DNA from: Bugula neritina
Lineage: Eukaryota > Animalia > Bryozoa
Direction of reading: 5' to 3'
Length of the DNA stretch: 64,000 bases
NCBI GenBank assembly: GCA_964035545.1
Contig: CAXIUT010000073.1
Span: 372,001 to 436,000, forward strand
The position numbers and the translations under genes are program-made. Below the pieces are notes generated by a model, which searched no databases, was not told the origin of the DNA, and was given only the letters and a program-made list of their open reading frames with translations. Of this stretch, positions 21,796 to 31,000 are shown in pieces; the first letter of the stretch is position 1, and each line of letters starts with the position of its first letter.

Positions 21796-23158
21796 ATAAT
21801 CGTTCTAAAACGTTTAAATTTACCCAAGAGTTTTGAGAATCGGGATAACCTAACCATTTTACTAAAGCCTTTTTACCTTTCTTTTTAATTACGCGTTCTA
21901 TTCTATACATTTCTTGACTCGTCTTTTGTAATTCCTGTTCGTAAAAAGATCCTTGAATTTCTTCCCCACCCGAGTCAGTTAATTTATAAGTAGTCGGATT
22001 AGTATATAATATTTTACTTATAGTAAACACCTTCTCCGTCCATCTAACGGTATAACCTTTTTCAAACGTTCGTTTCTTACGCGGTATACGTACTCTATCA
22101 CCTATAGCGAATTTAGGTTTAGAAGGCGCTGGCAAGTTTGGATATAATTTCACGCGTACTTTATTTTCGTTAGAAGGATTACTAGCTTCAATCGGTGTCA
22201 TTCCGATAGACGAATGTTTAGTCTCGTTATATTGTTTTATTAAATTTTTTAGTACGTCTATATATTTATAAGTATTATTAGCCGAAAAATATTTAAACAT
22301 TCGCTCTTTCATTGTTCTATTCCACCTCTCTACTACGCTAGACTTTTCTTCATTTTCCGTAGAATATAAGTCTATTAAAGACTTTACGTCTTTGTTATAA
22401 AACTCTTTTCCCTTGTCAACCCATAAATGTTGTGGCTTACGACGAGTTAAAATTGTTTTTAAAGCTAAAGCCGTCGCTTTTCCAGTCTTATTTTTTAAAG
22501 GTATTATCCAACCGTATTTTGAAAACACGTCTATTACCGTTAGTAAATATTTATAACCGTTATTAAATTTAGCGAATTCAGTCATATCAACCAAGTCGGC
22601 CGCCCAAATATTATCGATACCCGATACCCAAACTCGTCTTTTACGAAATTTTTTTTGTACGGGTTTATGCAATTCTTCGGCTAACTCGTTCGTCCATCCC
22701 CATCCTAAGCGTTTTTTCGCACCTATTATTGCCGAGGCGAAACGACTGTGTCGCTGTTCGGAGGGCGTAGGATTAGGTATAGCTTTCAGTTCGTCTAGCA
22801 TATTTTTATCGCATATTTCGTTTCTAGTTTTAGTATCTTTATTAAGCGCGTAACACACGTCGTGTCTCATGGCTATAGCGTCGTCTCGATCTACCGGTTT
22901 ACTCCATTCTTTAGGAGTCATGTCGTCATTTAAACGCTTATTTAATTTAGTACCCGGTCCTAAAAAATTCTGGCCTGGATAATGCAATTCGAAGGGTAAA
23001 TTATTTATTAAATTATTAGCTAAACCCGACCCAACGAATGTAGTTTTTTTACATCCGCATTGACCGCAATTACCGTAACCCATTAGTCTATTATTTTTAC
23101 TTACTCTCTTTTCGTAATTAAGAGTTTTCGTTTTAGTTTTACACTTACAACAATACAT
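21794..23158 (-). CDS. int: Zn-ribbon / parvovirus-type phospholipase A2 / retroviral-like (rve) integrase / chromodomain fusion, 454 aa
   Basis: CxxC..CxxC N-terminus; FLGPGT...D...HD.CY (PLA2); WAADLVDM, WVDKGKEF and VERWNRT (DDE); C-terminal IERV...LVKWLGY...NSW chromodomain. Confidence 0.95.
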   Translation of the reverse strand: MYCCKCKTKTKTLNYEKRVSKNNRLMGYGNCGQCGCKKTTFVGSGLANNLINNLPFELHYPGQNFLGPGTKLNKRLNDDMTPKEWSKPVDRDDAIAMRHDVCYALNKDTKTRNEICDKNMLDELKAIPNPTPSEQRHSRFASAIIGAKKRLGWGWTNELAEELHKPVQKKFRKRRVWVSGIDNIWAADLVDMTEFAKFNNGYKYLLTVIDVFSKYGWIIPLKNKTGKATALALKTILTRRKPQHLWVDKGKEFYNKDVKSLIDLYSTENEEKSSVVERWNRTMKERMFKYFSANNTYKYIDVLKNLIKQYNETKHSSIGMTPIEASNPSNENKVRVKLYPNLPAPSKPKFAIGDRVRIPRKKRTFEKGYTVRWTEKVFTISKILYTNPTTYKLTDSGGEEIQGSFYEQELQKTSQEMYRIERVIKKKGKKALVKWLGYPDSQNSWVNLNVLERL

Positions 23159-23173
23159 TTATTATAATAAATG
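23156..23173. promoter_or_regulatory. Perfect 18-bp palindrome CATTTATTATAATAAATG supplying the start motif and ATG for both divergent genes (integrase, ATPase)
   Basis: Self-complementary; CAT at 23156-58 and ATG at 23171-73. Confidence 0.8.
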
Positions 23174-23929
23174 GAAATAGAAAATCTTTCGTGGAAAAAC
23201 GAAATTAATCGTAATAATAATCCTTTACTTCCTAAAAGCATAAGAGGTCTTATCGTTGGAAAGTCTGGATGCGGTAAAACTACGTTACTTTGTAACTTAC
23301 TATTACAACCTAATTGGCTCGATTACGATAAACTTATGATTTACGGTAAAAGTCTTTCTCAACCCGAATATATAAATATGAGGAAGGCTTTCGAACGTAA
23401 ATTAACTAAAGAAGAAATTTTAAATTTTTTTAAAAATAGTGACGCGATAATAAATTCGGGTATAAACGTAAATCGTGTTTTAAAAAATAGTAGGGGTAAC
23501 GGTAATATAGACGCTGAATTTATCGAATCTAGTGACGACGTTTATGATCCTAGCGAATTAGACGTTAATAATAAAAATTTAATAATATTCGATGATTTAA
23601 TGTTGGAAAAACAAAAAACTTGCGAAAGTTATTACGTAAGAGGACGACACAATAACGTCGATTGTTTTTATTTATCGCAAAATTATTTTAAGCTGCCTAG
23701 AAATACTATTCGAGAAAACGCTAATTTTATTTGCTTATTTCCTCAAGACGGAAAAAATTTAAATCATATATATCAAGATCACGTAAACGGAGATTTAACG
23801 TTAAACGAATTTAAAAACTTTTGTTATAAAGGATGGCAAAAACCTCACGGCTTTATTACTTTAGATCTTTCTTCCTCAAAAAATAATGGGAGATATAGAC
23901 ACGGGTTAGACGAATTTTATATACCGTAA
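23171..23929 (+). CDS. A32/FtsK-like genome packaging ATPase
   Basis: Walker A GKSGCGKT, Walker B LIIFDD, and RGRH..(V)..FYLSQ motif. Confidence 0.96.
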   Translation: MEIENLSWKNEINRNNNPLLPKSIRGLIVGKSGCGKTTLLCNLLLQPNWLDYDKLMIYGKSLSQPEYINMRKAFERKLTKEEILNFFKNSDAIINSGINVNRVLKNSRGNGNIDAEFIESSDDVYDPSELDVNNKNLIIFDDLMLEKQKTCESYYVRGRHNNVDCFYLSQNYFKLPRNTIRENANFICLFPQDGKNLNHIYQDHVNGDLTLNEFKNFCYKGWQKPHGFITLDLSSSKNNGRYRHGLDEFYIP

Positions 23930-23932
23930 TAA

Positions 23933-24709
23933 ATGAGTGTTTATAAATTCGGAGGAAGCAAAAAAACAAAAATAGATACAAAAAAATTCGTTTTAATAAA
24001 CGGTAGTAGTACTCTTACGGGTACGTTAGATATGGGTGAAAATAAAATATCTAGAGTTATTAATCCGGTTGACGATCAAGACGTAGCCACAAAAAAATAC
24101 GTTGACGATACGAGTATGCCTAAAATATTACATCCTATTAATCAGTTAACTATATCAACCGACGATGGACGCGTTATAGATAGCGATTTAAAAGTTGATG
24201 ATGTCGTTACAAAAACTAATGTATCTAATTACGCCGTACCTCTTATACGAGACCCGAGTGAAAAATTAACCATTTCAACTACTTCGGGTAATGTTGCGGA
24301 TAGTAGTTTAAGCGTTAGCGATGTTGTTACGACTAGTAATATAAATAATTTAGCTATACCAAAAATACAACCCGCGAATGAAAAATTAACCGTTTCGACT
24401 ACTTCGGGTAATGTCGCGGATAGTAGTTTAAGCGTTAGCGATGTTGTTACGACTAGTAATATAAATAATTTCGCTATGAATAAAATACAACCAATAATCG
24501 GAGGTAAATTATTAATGCTTTCGAGTGATGGTAATATTGTAGAAACGGGTATAAATATTTCAGATCTTATTACAATAAATAATATAAATAATTACGCTAT
24601 TCCTAAATTACAAGGAGCAGTTGGTAATAAATTAGTATTATCAACGAATAATGGAGGTATAACCGAATCTACTGAATCTTTACCAACATTTCCAAGTTAT
24701 GACGTTTAA
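23933..24709 (+). CDS. Fibre/shaft-like protein, 258 aa, with five ~40-aa repeats; 3' end lies inside the right TIR
   Basis: LDMGENKI...P...QDVATKKYVD tail-fibre-type motif; repeats of P..(KL)T.ST..G.V.DS...V.DVVT..N..NYA. Confidence 0.75.
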   Translation: MSVYKFGGSKKTKIDTKKFVLINGSSTLTGTLDMGENKISRVINPVDDQDVATKKYVDDTSMPKILHPINQLTISTDDGRVIDSDLKVDDVVTKTNVSNYAVPLIRDPSEKLTISTTSGNVADSSLSVSDVVTTSNINNLAIPKIQPANEKLTVSTTSGNVADSSLSVSDVVTTSNINNFAMNKIQPIIGGKLLMLSSDGNIVETGINISDLITINNINNYAIPKLQGAVGNKLVLSTNNGGITESTESLPTFPSYDV

Positions 24710-25071
24710 ACGCTATTGGTAATAAATTATTATATTCTCAGCATATAATAATTTATTTCTGTTACTAATAATAGGAAAATAAAAATAGTGAAAAGAAAAT
24801 ACATTTTTTTAAAATTAATACTAAAAAATTAATAAAAATATTAATAAAGTAGTAGTAGGTGGATGCGTCCTGGGACAATCCCTGACACCGGAGAGTCGAA
24901 AACTTAACGGGGAAAGGTTAATACATTTTTTTTAAAATTAATACTAAAAAATTAATAAAAATATTAATAGAGTAGTAGTAGGTGGATGCGTCCTGGGACA
25001 ATCCCTGACACCGGAGAGTCGAAGACTCGACGGGGGAAGGGTTGTCCCAGGACCATCCACCTACTACTACT
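24506..25071 (-). repeat. Right terminal inverted repeat (566 bp) of the Polinton
   Basis: Reverse complement of 10736-11301. Confidence 0.95.
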
Positions 25072-28000
25072 CGTCTGCGACCAAATTGTGTAGACTTCAT
25101 GAGCTGGTTAGCTGACAGGACTCATTAAAGTTCTTAACTCTTGTGTGTATAGTGATGCCCATCTTGAACTAGAGAGGGCTGGCTAAAGACTGCTACTTTG
25201 TGAAAATTGACAATGCATATTATTATTATTCATTGTTGAGATTCACGACTGCCATAAACAATGATAAAATATTCATTGTTGGTACTACTGAGTAGAATAA
25301 AATATAATATAATATTATTCTCTGGACAGATAAACAATATCAAATGCATATTATAACATTACCATAAATCTACGGCGCTTCACATCTTCACCTTTTTCTG
25401 CAATGTTATTTCTTTGCAGTTAGAAGTACTAGCTGAATATATGACTATGAAACATAACCCTTCAATTTCATTGCACCAGCACCGATTTCAATATAGGTGT
25501 GTTGGGAGTTATTTTTCCTAAAGTTTTGTTCTTGGCGTTTATACGAAGCAGACACAGGCTAATATTAGTTTTGTTATTTGCAAGAGTTTTTCTGTCTGAT
25601 TGTCCATCAGCAAAAGTTTGCGCCTTGCAGTTATTATGGAAATACCAGTGATGCTGGAAGACCTTTGCATTGTACACCCGCCTTTACTATTGAATTTAGA
25701 TGTTTTATTTTCCCATCCCCTCTTCTGCCCCCCTGTCCCCTCTAACAACCAGCAATCCTGACTCATGTGAAATGTGTTATTAAGTTTTAGAGTTGGACCA
25801 TGGGCCTACAGTATACGATTTGAAGCTTTATAGTTTACAGGCAGTGGAGATGAGTCACTGCTGAAACCTATTTTATTAGTAGACTATATTGCTCTTCAAT
25901 CATCAGTTTGCATATTAAAACAGAAAGCTCATCTGCAGCGCCATTTCACAGTGTTAAATTTTGCTAGAGTAAAAATTAATTTTAGATGCCTTTGCAAACA
26001 TATGAGAAATAAATGAGTCATTTTATGAAAAGAGGTGTTTGCAGCAGTTGTCCACTTTTGATTTAGACGCGTCATGGAAACTTTTGTAGTTTTAAATAAT
26101 ATCTCCAAACTCATCACTTGCATGTGTTTATATACTTGATAAAGTTTTTCATGCAAAACTTGATGCCTGCTTCAAAGACACCAGTGCTTAAATACTGTGT
26201 TAACTGTATTGGCACGTTGCCATGAGATATTTGGTAATATTTAGCATCACAACATACTCTTCAGAAAGTTAAGAAAATCAGTCTATAGAAAGTTAATGAA
26301 ATAAACCTACCAGAGAGAGTAAGCCAGATGTAACAAGTAGATCCAAAACAAGTTGATTAACAATTGAAGTTGAATTCTCCATGTAGTGAATACTTTAGTC
26401 CTAATGTCAAATGCAAACGTCTGCAACCAAATTGTGTAGACTTCATGAGCTGGTTAGCTGACAGGACTCATTAAAGTTCTTAACTCTTGTGTGTATAGTG
26501 ATGCCCATCTTGAACTAGAGAGGGCTGACTGAAGACTGCTACTTTGTGAAAATTGACAATGCATATTATTATTATTCATTGTTGAGATTCACGACTGCCA
26601 TAAACAATGATAAAATATTCATTGTTGGTACTACTGAGTAGAATAAAATATAATATAATATTATTCTCTGGACAGATAAACAATATCAAATGCATATTAT
26701 AACATTACCATAAATCTACGGCGCTTCACATCTTCACCTTTTTCTGCAATGTTTTTTCTTTGCAGTTAGAAGTACTAGCTGAATATATGACTATGAAACA
26801 TAACCCTTCAATTTCATTGCACCAGCACCGATTTCAATATAGGTGTGTTGGGAGTTATCTTTCCTAAATTTTTGTTCTTGGCGTTTATACGAAACAGACA
26901 CAGGCTAATATTAGTTTTGTTATTTGCAAGAGTTTTTCTGTCTGATTGTCCATCAGCAAAAGTTTGCGCCTTGCAGTTATTATGGAAATACCAGTGCTGC
27001 TGGAAGACCTTTGCATTGTACACCCGCCTTTACTATTGAATTTAGATGTTTTATTTTCCCATCCCCTCTCCTGCCCCCCTGTCCCCTCTAACAACCAGCA
27101 ATCCTGACTCATGCGAAATGTGTTATTAAGTTTTAGAGTTGGACCATGGGCCTACAGTATACGCTTTGAAGCTTTATAGTTTACAGGCAGTGGAGATGAG
27201 TCACTGCTGAAACCCATTTTCTTAGTAGACTATATTGCTCTTCAATCATCAGTTTGCATATTAAAACAGAAAGCTCATCTGCAGCGCCATTTCACAGTGT
27301 TAAATTTTGCTAGAGTAAAAATTAATTTTAGATGCCTTTGCAAACATATGAGAAATAAATGAGTCATTTTATGAAAAGAGGTGTTTGCAGCAGTTGTCGA
27401 CTTTTGATTTAGACGCGTCATGGAAACTTTTGTAGTTTTAAATAATATCTCCAAACTCATCACTTGCATGTGTTTATATACTTGATAAAGTTTTTCATGC
27501 AAAACTTGATGCCTGCTTCAAAGACACCAGTGCTTAAATACTGTGTTAACTGTATTGGCACGTTGCCATGAGATATTTGGTAATATTTAGCATCACAACA
27601 TACTCTTCAGAAAGTTAAGAAAATCAGTCTATAGGAAGTTAATGAAATAAACCTACCAGGGAGAGTAAGCCAGATGTAACAAGTAGATCCAAAACAAGTT
27701 GATTAACAATTGAAGTTGAATTCTCCATGTAGTGAATACTTTAGTCCTAATGTCAAATGCAAACGTCTGCAACCAAATTTTGTAGACTTCATGAGCTGGT
27801 TAGCTGACAGGACTCATTAAAGTTCTTAACTCTTGTGTGTATAGTGATGCCCATCTTGAACTAGAGAGGGCTGACTGAAGACTGCTACTTTGTGAAAATT
27901 GACAATGCATATTATTATTATTCATTGTTGAGATTCACGACTGCCATAAACAATGATAAAATATTCATTGTTGGTACTACTGAGTAGAATAAAATATAAT

Positions 28001-31000
28001 ATAATATTATTCTCTGGACAGATAAACAATATCAAATGCATATTATAACATTACCATAAATCTACGGCGCTTCACATCTTCACCTTTTTCTGCAATGTTT
28101 TTTCTTTGCAGTTAGAAGTACTAGCTGAATATATGACTATGAAACATAACCCTTCAATTTCATTGCACCAGCACCGATTTCAATATAGGTGTGTTGGGAG
28201 TTATCTTTCCTAAATTTTTGTTCTTGGCGTTTATACGAAACAGACACAGGCTAATATTAGTTTTGTTATTTGCAAGAGTTTTTCTGTCTGATTGTCCATC
28301 AGCAAAAGTTTGCGCCTTCCCGTTATTATGGAAATTCCAGTGCTGCTGGAAGACCTTTGCATTGTACACCCGCCTTTACTATTGAATTTAGATGTTTTAT
28401 TTTCCCATCCCCTCTCCTGCCCCCCTGTCCCCTCTAACAACCAGCAATCCTGACTCATGCGAAATGTGTTATTAAGTTTTAGAGTTGGACCATGGGCCTA
28501 CAGTATACGATTTGAAGCTTTATAGTTTACAGGCAGTGGAGATGAGTCACTGCTGAAACCCATTTTATTAGTAGACTATATTGCTCTTCAATCATCAGTT
28601 TGCATATTAAAACAGAAAGCTCATCTGCAGCGCCATTTCACAGTGTTAAATTTTGCTAGAGTAAAAATTAATTTTAGATGCCTTTGCAAACATATGAGAA
28701 ATAAATGAGTCATTTTATGAAAAGAGGTGTTTGCAGCAGTTGTCCACTTTTGATTTAGACGCGTCATGGAAACTTTTGTAGTTTTAAATAATATCTCCAA
28801 ACTCATCACTTGCATGTGTTTATATACTTGATAAAGTTTTTCATGCAAAACTTGATGCCTGCTTCAAAGACACCAGTGCTTAAATACTGTGTTAACTGTA
28901 TTGGCACGTTGCCATGAGATATTTGGTAATATTTAGCATCACAACATACTCTTCAGAAAGTTAAGAAAATCAGTCTATAGGAAGTTAATGAAATAAACCT
29001 ACCAGAGAGAGTAAGCCAGATGTAACAAGTAGATGCAAAACAAGTTGATTAACAATTGAAGTTGAATTCTCCATGTAGTGAATACTTTAGTCCTAATGTC
29101 AAATGCAAACGTCTGCAACCAAATTGTGTAGACTTCATGAGCTGGTTAGCTGACAGGACTCATTAAAGTTCTTAACTCTTGTGTGTATAGTGATGCCCAT
29201 CTTGAACTAGAGAGGGCTGACTGAAGACTGCTACTTTGTGAAAATTGACAATGCATATTATTATTATTCATTGTTGAGATTCACGACTGCCATAAACAAT
29301 GATAAAATATTCATTGTTGGTACTACTGAGTAGAATAAAATATAATATAATATTATTCTCTGGACAGATAAACAATATCAAATGCATAATATAACATTAC
29401 CATAAATCTACGGCGCTTCACATCTTCACCTTTTTCTGCAATGTTATTTTTTTGCAGTTAGAAGTACTAGCTGAATATATGACTATGAAACATAACCCTT
29501 CAATTTCATTGCACCAGCACCGATTTCAATATAGGTGTGTTGGGAGTTATCTTTCCTAAAGTTTTGTTCTTGGCGTTTATACGAAGCAGACACAGGCTAA
29601 TATTAGTTTTGTTATTTGCAAGAGTTTTTCTGTCTGATTGTCCATCAGCAAAAGTTTGCGCCTTGCAGTTATTATGGAAATACCAGTGCTGCTGGAAGAC
29701 CTTTGCATTGTACACCCGCCTTTACTATTGAATTTAGATGTTTTATTTTCCCATCCCCTCTCCTGCCCCCCTGTCCCCTCTAACAACCAGCAATCCTGAC
29801 TCATGCGAAATGTGTTATTAAGTTTTAGAGTTGGACCATGGGCCTACAGTATACGATTTGAAGCTTTATAGTTTACAGGCAGTGGAGATGAGTCACTGCT
29901 GAAACCCATTTTCTTAGTAGACTATATTGCTCTTCAATCATCAGTTTGCATATTAAAACAGAAAGCTCATCTGCAGCGCCATTTCACAGTGTTAAATTTT
30001 GCTAGAGTAAAAATTAATTTTAGATGCCTTTGCAAACATATGAGAAATAAATGAGTCATTTTATGAAAAGAGGTGTTTGCAGCAGTTGTCGACTTTTGAT
30101 TTAGACGCGTCATGGAAACTTTTGTAGTTTTAAATAATATCTCCAAACTCATCACTTGCATGTGTTTATATACTTGATAAAGTTTTTCATGCAAAACTTG
30201 ATGCCTGCTTCAAAGACACCAGTGCTTAAATACTGTGTTAACTGTATTGGCACGTTGCCATGAGATATTTGGTAATATTTAGCATCACAACATACTCTTC
30301 AGAAAGTTAAGAAAATCAGTCTATAGGAAGTTAATGAAATAAACCTACCAGAGAGAGTAAGCCAGATGTAACAAGTAGATCCAAAACAAGTTGATTAACA
30401 ATTGAAGTTGAATTCTCCATGTAGTGAATACTTTAGTCCTAATGTCAAATGCAAACGTCTGCAACCAAATTTTGTAGACTTCATGAGCTGGTTAGCTGAC
30501 AGGACTCATTAAAGTTCTTAACTCTTGTGTGTATAGTGATGCCCATCTTGAACTAGAGAGGGCTGACTGAAGACTGCTACTTTGTGAAAATTGACAATGC
30601 ATATTATTATTATTCATTGTTGAGATTCACGACTGCCATAAACAATGATAAAATATTCATTGTTGGTACTACTGAGTAGAATAAAATATAATATAATATT
30701 ATTCTCTGGACAGATAAACAATATCAAATGCATATTATAACATTACCATAAATCTACGGCGCTTCACATCTTCACTTTTTTCTGCAATGTTATTTCTTTG
30801 CAGTTAGAAGTACTAGCTGAATATATGACTATGAAACATAACCCTTCAATTTCATTGCACCAGCACCGATTTCAATATAGGTGTGTTGGGAGTTATCTTT
30901 CCTAAAGTTTTGTTCTTGGCGTTTATACGAAGCAGACACAGGCTAATATTAGTTTTGTTATTTGCAAGAGTTTTTCTGTCTGATTGTCCATCAGCAAAAG

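Larger units (their letters stand above)
10736..25071. mobile_element. Complete Polinton/Maverick (adintovirus-like endogenous virus), 14,336 bp
   Basis: 5'-AGTAGTAGT...ACTACTACT-3' termini, 566-bp TIRs, 6-bp TSD, and the canonical gene set: pPolB, rve integrase, A32-like ATPase, adenain, major and minor capsid proteins. Confidence 0.98.

Noticed and set aside
21639-21888. Three small overlapping ORFs
   Set aside because: Translations of the 31-bp minisatellite.
24918-25100. 60-aa ORF crossing the right Polinton junction
   Set aside because: Chance fusion of array and TIR sequence.
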